NCBI GenBank assembly: GCA_017881245.1
Contig: JADGRC010000086.1
Coordinates: forward strand, 10,273 to 74,272
Origin: Pseudomonadota bacterium
GTDB taxonomy: Bacteria; Myxococcota_A; Polyangia; Fen-1088
DNA length: 64,000 nt
Direction of reading: 5' to 3'
Shown: piece after piece, positions 9,726-17,445 of the stretch
How positions within the stretch are numbered: position 1 is the first letter of the stretch
How the letters are laid out: each line of letters begins with the position of its first letter
Position numbers and translations under genes: made by a program
The notes under the pieces: model-generated
What the model was told of the DNA's origin: nothing
Databases searched by the model: none
The model's input: only the letters and a program-made list of their open reading frames with translations

Positions 9726-10547
9726 ATGAAGGCCAGGACTCTGTTCCACGTTTCGGACCTACACCTTGGCAAGAATCTTGAGACCGAGCGCCGCGCGATC
9801 GCGATTCGGGACGCTCTAGTTGCCGTGGACGCGGACCACGTGGTGGTGACTGGCGATTTGACCCACCGGGGCCGGTCCCGCGAGCTTGCGCTGTTCCGCC
9901 GGATCTTCGCGCCGTTGGCCGAGCGAGATCGCCTGACAATCGTACCGGGGAATCACGATCGCCTGGGTGACGACCTGCGTGAAGCGATCCAGGGCGAAGC
10001 GCGAGTCGCCATCACGCGAGCTCCAGGACTGCACCTGGTTCGTTTCGATTCGACCGGTCCGCACAACCGCGCCTGGTTGTCGGGCCACGGAGTCATGACG
10101 GAAGAGGATGTTGCATCGATCAGCGCGGCGGTCGATCTGGCCGCTGCCGAGGCTTTGGTCGCGGTGTTGTTACACCACCACATTTTGCCGCTTCCGGCGG
10201 ACCATCCCGCCGAACGCTTGGCGTCGTGGCTCGGTTGGCCATACGCAGATGAGCTCGAACGGGGAGGCGATTTGCTGGGAGCGTTGCGGGGCCGATGTGA
10301 TCTGGTGTTGCACGGCCATCGGCACGCGTCGCAGGCCGGCACATTCTTCGGCTACGATCCGCGGCCGGTCCTGGTGTTCAATGCCGGGAGCTCCACGGAT
10401 CTCGGACGTGTCCGAGTATTCGCTCACACCCGGGGTCGGGTCATCGGTGCTCCGGCATGGCTCGCCGCATGGCCGGAGGAACGGCGGTCGCCGGTCCGTC
10501 CGGGAGTCGCCAGTCGACCCGCGATGGACCTCACGCCGACGACGTGA
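9726..10547 (+). CDS. metallophosphoesterase (calcineurin-like)
   Basis: Motifs in canonical order: 'VSDLHLG', 'VVTGDLTHRG', 'VPGNHD', 'LLHHH', 'LHGHRH'. The ATG at 9726 is 2 codons inside the TTG-initiated ORF. Confidence 0.75.
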   Translation: MKARTLFHVSDLHLGKNLETERRAIAIRDALVAVDADHVVVTGDLTHRGRSRELALFRRIFAPLAERDRLTIVPGNHDRLGDDLREAIQGEARVAITRAPGLHLVRFDSTGPHNRAWLSGHGVMTEEDVASISAAVDLAAAEALVAVLLHHHILPLPADHPAERLASWLGWPYADELERGGDLLGALRGRCDLVLHGHRHASQAGTFFGYDPRPVLVFNAGSSTDLGRVRVFAHTRGRVIGAPAWLAAWPEERRSPVRPGVASRPAMDLTPTT

Positions 10548-10733
10548 GTGGCAGACCTGAACGTAACGCTCATCGTTCCGGGGGACCGCCCGACCTTTTC
10601 TCGGGATTCACTGCCCGCGTGGCCAGCCGACCGGCGCCGACGCGCAAAAGTTGGCGATACTCAACGGCATCTTCACACAACTGCGATTGGGCCGTCGTTT
10701 GACGCCTGTAGCGTGAATGACGTGTTGCCAAAT

Positions 10734-11921
10734 ATGCAGCGTGATCCGTGGAGCCGCGTCGGAAAGACGGCGCAACGGACAAAAAATGTCAGCGGATTCT
10801 TTCCCCCGGGTCCGCTGGGCCTGGACGCCGGTGCCGGGACGCTGAGACGCCTGGTGCTGGTCACGGACGCCTGGCGTCCGCAAACCAACGGCGTGGTGAA
10901 CACCCTGGTGAGACTGGTGGCGCACCTGGAGTCGACGGGGGTGGAGGTTCTGGTGGTCGCCCCGGACGCCCACCGAACGGTCCCGTTGCCTTCCTATCGA
11001 GAGATTCGGATCGCATGTGACCCGTGGCGAGCGATTCCACGGATCCGCGCGTTCGCTCCCGACGCCATTCACGTCGCAACCGAGGGGCCCCTGGGCTTCT
11101 ACACAGTCGCCTGGCTGCGTCGGCACGGATTGCGTTTCACTACTAGCTTTCATACTCGCTACGCGGAATACCTTTCCGCACGCGTCCCGGTACCGCTCGA
11201 GTGGGGCTATGAGGCTGTACGGTGGTTTCACGGGAGGGCCGAGCATACGTTGGTCAGCTCGGCGGCCTTGTTGCTGGAACTGAAGGAAAGGGGGGTGGGG
11301 CGGCAGCTCGTTCATTGGCCCCGGGGCGTCGACGCCACCCTGTTTCACCCGAACAATCGCCATGGCGACGTCTATTCATTGCCCCGACCCATCTGGCTGT
11401 ATGTCGGCCGCGTCGCGGTTGAAAAGACCCTAGAGGATTTCCTTCGGCTGCCGGTCGAGGGAACCAAGGTCGTGGTGGGCGATGGGCCCTCGCGCGAGGA
11501 TCTGCAACGACGTTTCCCGGACGTCGTGTGGCGCGGATACCGGTTCGGCGAAGATCTGGCGGCCCACTTCGCCAGCGCCGACTGTTTCGTGTTTCCGTCG
11601 CGCACGGAGACCTTCGGAAACGTCATTCTGGAAGCACTGGCCTCCGGTCTACCGGTCGCGTCCGTGCCGGCCCCGGGCCCGGTCGACTTGATAGAGGAAG
11701 GTGTCAACGGAGCGATCGACGATCAGTTGCTGCGTGCGTGCCTGCGCGCCTTACGCTGCTCGCGAGATCGGGCGCGGGCCAGCATCCTGCATCGCACGCT
11801 GCGCGCTGGTCACGAAGTCTTTCGCGCCCACCTGGTGCCCGTGGAATCGCCAATCCGCTTCGCGTCAAGCAGCGGTGGTGGTGGCTCGACGGTGGACGCG
11901 CGGCATGCGGAGGCGTTCTGA
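10734..11921 (+). CDS. glycosyltransferase family 4 (GT-B fold)
   Basis: 'LVTDAWRPQTNGVVNTL' is at the N-terminus. 'FVFPSRTETFGNVILEALASGLPV' is an E-x7-E type motif. The start is uncertain: ATG 10734 was chosen, and the ORF opens at 10548. Confidence 0.7.
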   Translation: MQRDPWSRVGKTAQRTKNVSGFFPPGPLGLDAGAGTLRRLVLVTDAWRPQTNGVVNTLVRLVAHLESTGVEVLVVAPDAHRTVPLPSYREIRIACDPWRAIPRIRAFAPDAIHVATEGPLGFYTVAWLRRHGLRFTTSFHTRYAEYLSARVPVPLEWGYEAVRWFHGRAEHTLVSSAALLLELKERGVGRQLVHWPRGVDATLFHPNNRHGDVYSLPRPIWLYVGRVAVEKTLEDFLRLPVEGTKVVVGDGPSREDLQRRFPDVVWRGYRFGEDLAAHFASADCFVFPSRTETFGNVILEALASGLPVASVPAPGPVDLIEEGVNGAIDDQLLRACLRALRCSRDRARASILHRTLRAGHEVFRAHLVPVESPIRFASSSGGGGSTVDARHAEAF

Positions 11922-11926
11922 AGGAT

Positions 11927-12793
11927 TCAGAGCATCCGCATGAGCGGCTCTCCCATGCGGATGTTGCTGCCCTGACGCACGTTCTCGCACAGGGCGACGC
12001 CCGCTGGCGCGAAGACAATTATCGTCGAGCCCAGCTCGAACCAGCCCATCTCCTGGCCCTTGTGGAACGAAGCCTGGCAGGGGATAACCGTCGGGCCGCT
12101 GTAGTCAAGGTGCAACAGCACGTCGAGAAAATGGAGACGAATGCTGGCAACGAGGATCGATGCGACAGGCACGAGCGTGATGACCTGGCCACCCTCGGCC
12201 AGACGCGTTCTCAGCACGGCGCGCTCGTTCTTGCAGAACAATTTTTCGACGCGTTTGATTGCGATCGGATTGGTATTCCACGTGTCACCCGAAATATAGG
12301 TGACCTGGTCGACGTGGCAGTCGTGCGGCGCGTGAAACCGGTGATACATGCTGGACGACAACCGCAACGTGACGTACTGACCGTCCCGGTACAGGCGCAC
12401 GAGCTCCGGATCGTCGAGAAGATCTTGCAACGTGTAGGCGAATCCCTTGGCCTGGATCAGCTCGTCGCCGTGGATGGTGCCGCCGGCGCCGACAATGGCG
12501 TCGCACGGGCTGACCAGGATCGCGGGATCCGGGTGGATGGTTCGCGCGCCAACCTTCAATTCCCGTATGAAACAGTCCTGCAGGCTGCGAAACCGAGTCC
12601 GGGCGGCGTCATCCAGATTGACGTCCGCGAACAGGCGCCACGCGCCGATCGACAGATCGCGCACCAGCGGATTCTCGATCCGCGCGAACCAGCCCATGAA
12701 CTGGGTCACCAGACGTCGCGGAATGCGATTGGTCAGCAGAAAGTTTAAGTCCTCCTGCAGGAACAGGCGGGAAAGCAAGGGGGCGGTAGGCAT
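11927..12793 (-). CDS. psd: phosphatidylserine decarboxylase proenzyme
   Basis: The ATG at 12793 gives 'MPTAPLLSRLFLQEDLNFLLTNRIPRR'. The C-terminal 'GWFELGSTIIVF' contains the LGST self-cleavage site. 288 aa. Confidence 0.85.
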   Translation of the reverse strand: MPTAPLLSRLFLQEDLNFLLTNRIPRRLVTQFMGWFARIENPLVRDLSIGAWRLFADVNLDDAARTRFRSLQDCFIRELKVGARTIHPDPAILVSPCDAIVGAGGTIHGDELIQAKGFAYTLQDLLDDPELVRLYRDGQYVTLRLSSSMYHRFHAPHDCHVDQVTYISGDTWNTNPIAIKRVEKLFCKNERAVLRTRLAEGGQVITLVPVASILVASIRLHFLDVLLHLDYSGPTVIPCQASFHKGQEMGWFELGSTIIVFAPAGVALCENVRQGSNIRMGEPLMRML

Positions 12794-12859
12794 GAGCACT
12801 CCGATGACGAGAAAAAGTTGAGACTTCGTATTCGTGAACGTACCCGAGGAGATCGGTAA

Positions 12860-14509
12860 ATGAACGAAACGTTGATCGCGTGTGCGCTCGGCGCCGTGGC
12901 TTTGCCGCCACTCCTGATGAAGGCCAAGGCGCGATTGGAGCTGTCGAGGGCCAAGCATCCGTCATTGCGTGGTCACTCCCGGATCGCGCGCTGGGCGGCC
13001 AGCCAAGTCCCGCTTTACGAATATGACGAGGATGCCTTCTTTCGCTCCGACGACGCGCCTTTGCAGATCGCCACGCGTCGCCGTGACGGATTCATGCGCC
13101 TGGCCGATCTGTATCGCCAACGTTTCGCCCGCACAGCACGATTGACGGCGGACGTCGAGTTCGATATCCCGGATTTGGAGTTCACCGAGACGTACCGTGT
13201 TCCCTATCAGTATCGGCGCCTGGTTCGCGAGAACCTGAAGGGCGGCGCGTTTGTCGAAGCCTCGTCGGGAGTAACGATCACGGATCTGGACGGAAACACC
13301 TTCTGTGACTTGACGGGCTCCTACGGCGTGAATGTCTTTGGCTATGACTTCTACAAAGAGTGCATCGCGCGCGGTGGGGATCGCGTGGCGGCGCTCGGTC
13401 CGCTGCTGGGTGCGTATCACCCGATCGTGGCTTCGAACGTTAAACGGTTGCGCGAAATATCGGGACTGGACCAGGTGTCGTTTCATATGTCGGGGACAGA
13501 GGCCGTCATGCAGGCCGTCCGCCTCGCGCGCTATCACACCCGCCGCACGCACCTGGTGCGCTTCTGCGGGTCGTACCACGGCTGGTGGGGCGACGTGCAG
13601 CCCGGCGTCGGAAATCCGTCCCGAGCGCACGAGACATATACCCTGAAGGACATGGACGACGATTCCCTGCGCGTCCTGCGAAGACGCCGGGACATCGCCT
13701 GCGTGCTGGTGAATCCGTTGCAAGCCCTGCATCCGAATGCCAACGCGCAGAACGACGCGATGCTGCTGGACAGTGGTCGGACGGCGCATTTCGATCGCCA
13801 GGCGTACGCGGAATGGCTGAGCAAACTGCGTGCGGTCTGCACGGAACGGGGCATCGTGCTGGTGTTCGACGAGGTGTTCGTGGGGTTCCGCCTGGCACGG
13901 GGCGGAGCCCAGGAGTTCTTTGGCGTCGCCGCCGATATGGTCACCTACGGCAAGACGCTGGGAGGCGGACTGCCGGTCGGCGCGCTGTGCGGACGCAAGG
14001 ATCTGATGAAACGGTTTCGCGACGATCGGCCGCTCGACATCTGTTTCGCCCGCGGAACGTTCAACTCGCATCCCTACGTGATGGCAACGATGCACGAGTT
14101 TCTGGTGCGCCTGGAGTCCCCAGAGATACGCGGTTTGTACGGGAACGCCGAGGAGATATGGAATGCTCGAGCGGAACGACTGAATCAGCGCCTGGCGGAT
14201 GACGATCTGCCGGTGCGCGTGGCCAACCTGTCGTCGATCTGGACCGTGAAATACACGCAACCCGCGCGCTACAACTGGATGTTCCAGTACTACCTTCGCG
14301 CCGAGGGTCTGGCCCTGAGCTGGGTCGGCACCGGTCGCCTCATATTCAGTCTCAACTACACAGCCCGGGACTTCGACGCGGTCGCGGACCGGTTCGTCGC
14401 CGCCGCCCGGGCCATGCGGGACGACGGGTTCTGGTGGTCGGACGCGACGCTGACCAACAAGGCCATTAGGCGCCGTGTCCTGCGCGAGATGGCCGCGGCG
14501 CGGTTTTAG
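12860..14509 (+). CDS. class-III (GSA-aminomutase-like) PLP aminotransferase with ~120-aa N-terminal extension
   Basis: GAGGAG precedes the ATG at 12860. Motifs: 'MSGTEAVMQAVRLAR', 'DEVFVGFR', 'YGKTLGGGLPVGA' (PLP lysine context as in HemL-type enzymes). The N-terminal extension has a hydrophobic segment. Confidence 0.75.
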   Translation: MNETLIACALGAVALPPLLMKAKARLELSRAKHPSLRGHSRIARWAASQVPLYEYDEDAFFRSDDAPLQIATRRRDGFMRLADLYRQRFARTARLTADVEFDIPDLEFTETYRVPYQYRRLVRENLKGGAFVEASSGVTITDLDGNTFCDLTGSYGVNVFGYDFYKECIARGGDRVAALGPLLGAYHPIVASNVKRLREISGLDQVSFHMSGTEAVMQAVRLARYHTRRTHLVRFCGSYHGWWGDVQPGVGNPSRAHETYTLKDMDDDSLRVLRRRRDIACVLVNPLQALHPNANAQNDAMLLDSGRTAHFDRQAYAEWLSKLRAVCTERGIVLVFDEVFVGFRLARGGAQEFFGVAADMVTYGKTLGGGLPVGALCGRKDLMKRFRDDRPLDICFARGTFNSHPYVMATMHEFLVRLESPEIRGLYGNAEEIWNARAERLNQRLADDDLPVRVANLSSIWTVKYTQPARYNWMFQYYLRAEGLALSWVGTGRLIFSLNYTARDFDAVADRFVAAARAMRDDGFWWSDATLTNKAIRRRVLREMAAARF

Positions 14510-14560
14510 CCTTGGTCTGAGGCATTCCCCCTGAGGAGCGCTTCTGCGCCGCGACACCAT

Positions 14561-15163
14561 TTAGGCGTGTTGCTTGGCAGGCTCGATGAGCTCGCCGCGC
14601 AGCAGATACACGGGCGCGCGGTAATAAAGCATGATGTCGTGAAACGGATCCGTGAGGATCTTGGTGAACCACACGATGCCGGTCTGAATGTCTCGCAGGA
14701 AGAACAGATGCACCGTGCGGAACAGCAAGGCGCCAATCGCCAGGCCGATCCAGAGCTGTGACAGGTGTCGCAGGTAGCCTGAGAAATCCGTGTGCGCCGT
14801 GAAGATCCCAAATACGGTTGGCTGCCACCAAAGGACGACCGGGGTCAACGCCCACAAGGTGTGCAGAATCACCTTTCGCCGCAGGTTGTAACCGACCTTG
14901 ACCTGTTCCTTGTAAGCGTGGGTCGCTTGATTGCCTTCGTCGTAGCCCTTGGGCTCGAAGAAGAAATGGCCCACCTGTCTGATACACATGGCGAATATCC
15001 AACCGAACAGGACACCCGCGACCGGACGGGTGAACAGGAGGACGTACGTCACAAGAAAGCTGATTGCGCTAATCAGGTGCAGCGACTGATTGATGCGACT
15101 GTGGTGATAGTAACGGTGATCGTCCCAGCGTTGTTCCCTCAAGGCTTCGAGAAAGTTCTTCAT
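14561..15163 (-). CDS. membrane protein, possibly DUF962/Mpo1-like
   Basis: The ATG at 15163 follows GGGAGGAA. About 200 aa with 4-5 hydrophobic helices. 'YHHSRINQSLH' and 'VGHFFFEPKG' resemble DUF962 motifs (from memory, weak). Confidence 0.45.
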   Translation of the reverse strand: MKNFLEALREQRWDDHRYYHHSRINQSLHLISAISFLVTYVLLFTRPVAGVLFGWIFAMCIRQVGHFFFEPKGYDEGNQATHAYKEQVKVGYNLRRKVILHTLWALTPVVLWWQPTVFGIFTAHTDFSGYLRHLSQLWIGLAIGALLFRTVHLFFLRDIQTGIVWFTKILTDPFHDIMLYYRAPVYLLRGELIEPAKQHA

Positions 15164-15370
15164 GGCGGTTCCTCCCTGCCACAAACGGTACATCACAGCG
15201 TCGGAATCGATCAGTTATCGCTTGCAACAAGATCGTTGCGACAACCACGCAATTTGATGGCGAGGATCGGGGAGAAGATCGGGGAACCGATGCTCCGCGA
15301 GTGCTCGCCTTCCGAGTTGTCGGCTCACGGCGAGGAGATCCGGAGTGCCAGGCGCTTGTATTTCCAATAC

Positions 15371-15469
15371 AGGAGGCGCGGCTTTGCCGCGCCGGCAGAC
15401 TCGCGGAGCAAACCGGAGGGGGTGTCGCAGGACTCGCAGGGGGGGCCTTCCGAGGCCCCTTGCGCTCCT
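15371..15469 (-). repeat. structured intergenic repeat, copy B
   Basis: Minus-strand read: TAG-GAGCGC; hairpin 1 (15436..15463, core GGGGCCT-ncgg-AGGCCCC); CCCCCTCCGGTTTGCT; hairpin 2 GGCGCGGC-aaa-GCCGCGCC (15375..15393); TCCT. The element overlaps the TAG stop of the 15468..16676 gene by 2 nt. Confidence 0.65.
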
Positions 15470-16676
15470 AGAACGGAGCGAAGACGTCCGGGCGGCTGGC
15501 GGCTTTGTCCACGCCAGTCATGAGTTCCTTCTGCGTCCCGTTCAGACGCGAAAGAATCATGCGAACGCTCGCGACGCGCTGCTTGTAGTTTTCGGCGCGG
15601 ACTTGATCGGGCGAGCCCGACATGACGGCGTCCATCAAGGGCGTGGGCTTCAGCGGCACGACACCGTCACCTTTGGCGCTGACCTTGCGAACCACCCAGG
15701 GGGCTCCCGTGTTCGAACGGATCTTGAATCCCTCCATTTGTTCGGCGGCGCATGTGGCCGCGCCGCCCTTACAGACCTGCTCGCCCACCTCTACCAGATT
15801 AGCGACCGTCAGTTTCCCGGCTGTATCGAAGACGACGCCATAATTCTGCGTCTGCTTGGCCGCATCTTTTTCCGAGAACGTCTTCAACGATTCGGCGTCG
15901 TTCTTGGTTCGCTTGATGTGTCGCTCGACCTCGCCGTAAAGGGCCAAGCTGTCGTAGTAGTAGTTGAACAGGTGGTCCACGACGATGTCTTCCAGTCGGT
16001 AGTAGTCCACGCGGAAGATCTTGCTGGTGTCGGGACGCGGGTCCAGCTTCACCTTCAACAGGTCGTCGATGAGCTTGGGATCGTAGGACAGGGCATCCTT
16101 CTTGGCGGCCACCAGGCGCTGCGCGCTCATCAGAAACGCGTTGTTGACCTCGGTCTGCGTCTTTTGCATTCCCTGCAACTCGGCCTTCACGGTTCTGGCC
16201 GCCCGATTCGCGGTATTCATGTTGGCGCGACCCACGCTGGAGATTCCCAGTCCCGCTCCAAATACGAAGGCCGCGATTCCGACGATAAACGACGTGATGA
16301 TCACGGCCTTGCCTGCACCGGCCTTGACCTTTTCCACCGGCATTCCATCGTCGATAGTGCGCAGATCGAATCGGCCTTGCTGCGGTTTCATGCCGGCAAA
16401 GGGATCGAGGGCGGGCACCGCCGCGGCCTGTTGCGCGATTGGCGCCGGCGCCGTGGCGCGCTGGGCGGCGGCCGGAAAGCCACCCGCCTGCTGAGCTCGG
16501 CCGATTGGCGCCGGGACCGGAGCCTGCGATGGATACTGCGGCTGCGCTTGTCCTTGAGGGTGTCCCGGCATCGGGGCCGAGGGGGCTCCCGCGTCAGGCC
16601 TCCTCAGACCAAGACGAGCCTTGAGATCACTTATGTCTTTGGTCGGGGCTGCGCCAGGCTTCTTCGGTTGTTCCAC
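15468..16676 (-). CDS. Pro/Gln/Ala-rich single-pass membrane protein, unknown function
   Basis: The GTG at 16676 follows GGAGGAG. The N-terminus 'KDISDLKARLGL' is followed by ~100 aa of low-complexity P/Q/A sequence, one TM helix ('AVIITSFIVGIAAFVFGAGLGI') and a ~250-aa C-terminal domain. Confidence 0.6.
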   Translation of the reverse strand: MEQPKKPGAAPTKDISDLKARLGLRRPDAGAPSAPMPGHPQGQAQPQYPSQAPVPAPIGRAQQAGGFPAAAQRATAPAPIAQQAAAVPALDPFAGMKPQQGRFDLRTIDDGMPVEKVKAGAGKAVIITSFIVGIAAFVFGAGLGISSVGRANMNTANRAARTVKAELQGMQKTQTEVNNAFLMSAQRLVAAKKDALSYDPKLIDDLLKVKLDPRPDTSKIFRVDYYRLEDIVVDHLFNYYYDSLALYGEVERHIKRTKNDAESLKTFSEKDAAKQTQNYGVVFDTAGKLTVANLVEVGEQVCKGGAATCAAEQMEGFKIRSNTGAPWVVRKVSAKGDGVVPLKPTPLMDAVMSGSPDQVRAENYKQRVASVRMILSRLNGTQKELMTGVDKAASRPDVFAPF

Positions 16677-16736
16677 GTATTCTCCTCCGGCGGGTTCGAT
16701 CGCTTCCGAATCTCTGGTCGGTCAGAGAAGCTCGCG

Positions 16737-16765
16737 ACCATACTGACGGCGATTAAACGTGTCAA
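16737..16765 (-). promoter_or_regulatory. sigma70-type promoter for the 15468..16676 gene
   Basis: Minus strand: TTGACA (16765..16760), 17 nt, TATGGT (16742..16737). It lies about 60 nt upstream of the GTG start. Confidence 0.5.
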
Positions 16766-16770
16766 GGTAC

Positions 16771-16788
16771 GGCGCTTGCGCAATCGCC
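16771..16788. promoter_or_regulatory. 18-bp near-perfect palindrome (candidate operator)
   Basis: GGCGcTTGCGCAAtCGCC, 16 of 18 positions symmetric. It sits immediately upstream of the -35 box at 16760..16765. Confidence 0.3.
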
Positions 16789-16821
16789 TGGAATTGCGGG
16801 CACAATTTGGACGTTGGCGCG

Positions 16822-17130
16822 TCAGTTCGATTCGACGAAGCGCCGGATCACGGATTCGGATTCCGGGGGCAGACTGGTGAATCTGACGCCTACGCCCGCA
16901 GGTCCGTTCGCTCCGTCAACGGCCTCCGCGGAAGCGGTCAGAATCGCCGCCGTGCCAGGGAGCTGAAACTGGAGGCCCATGAATTTGGGAGCGCCCTTGG
17001 GTTCGAGCAGGGGCACCAATCTGAGTCCGGTCGAGCTGATGTCGGTCATCCGGCACATGTACGGATGGCCGTCGAGAAATCGGTTGATGAGGACGTCGAC
17101 TCTAGCGCGGGTCGTGGCGCGGCGGTTCAT
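16822..17130 (-). CDS. PilZ domain protein (putative c-di-GMP receptor)
   Basis: The ATG at 17130 follows GGAGG. 'RRATTRAR' is the RxxxR motif and 'DISSTG' is the (D/N)xSxxG motif, at PilZ-typical spacing. 102 aa. Confidence 0.75.
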   Translation of the reverse strand: MNRRATTRARVDVLINRFLDGHPYMCRMTDISSTGLRLVPLLEPKGAPKFMGLQFQLPGTAAILTASAEAVDGANGPAGVGVRFTSLPPESESVIRRFVESN

Positions 17131-17173
17131 GAGGCCTCCAGGGGTTCGGTGCAACCGGGATTGGCTGCAATAA

Positions 17174-17183
17174 CTACATGTAG
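17174..17183. promoter_or_regulatory. perfect 10-bp palindrome in an AT-rich island of the divergent PilZ/HAMP intergenic region
   Basis: CTACATGTAG lies within 'taactacatgtaggataaaaactttcc', which is strikingly AT-rich for this genome. Confidence 0.3.
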
Positions 17184-17313
17184 GATAAAAACTTTCCCTT
17201 GGCTAGTTTTCTACGTGGTGCGCGCCCGCCGGACGCTCGGGGTCGCAACACCAGCGCGCTTGTTCCGCACCGGAATCATGCCCGGGCGACGCGAAGGAGC
17301 CGCGGGAGGCGAA

Positions 17314-17328
17314 GGATTCAAGGAATCC
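17314..17328. promoter_or_regulatory. inverted repeat GGATTC-aag-GAATCC adjacent to the -35 box
   Basis: 6-bp arms with a 3-nt spacer, ending 6 nt upstream of TTGACT at 17335. Confidence 0.25.
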
Positions 17329-17334
17329 CAGTTC

Positions 17335-17363
17335 TTGACTCCACAGCGCCACGCCTCGATAAT
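17335..17363 (+). promoter_or_regulatory. sigma70-type promoter for the HAMP protein gene
   Basis: TTGACT (17335..17340), 17 nt, GATAAT (17358..17363). About 80 nt upstream of the ATG at 17446. Confidence 0.5.
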
Positions 17364-17445
17364 TCGCCGCCTCATTCGGCCGCGCAAGTTCATCAAGCGG
17401 CCCAGAACCCAACGTTCGTTCCCCGCACCCCAAGGAGCCCAGGAC

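Noticed and set aside
12962-14560. 532-aa ORF on the minus strand
   Set aside because: It lies antisense to the class-III aminotransferase, which carries clear PLP-enzyme motifs. The antisense translation is Arg/Pro/His-rich low-complexity sequence.
14510-14560. Possible fourth, degenerate copy of the structured repeat between the convergent aminotransferase and Mpo1-like genes
   Set aside because: Only a short GCGGCGC-agaa-GCGC..TCCT segment resembles hairpin 2 and the 3' end. Hairpin 1 and the C-rich block are absent. This is too weak to call.
15345-16880. 511-aa ORF on the plus strand
   Set aside because: It lies antisense to the Pro-rich membrane protein and PilZ genes. It has no motifs and is Arg/Gly/His-rich. 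The minus-strand genes have RBSs, a promoter and PilZ motifs.
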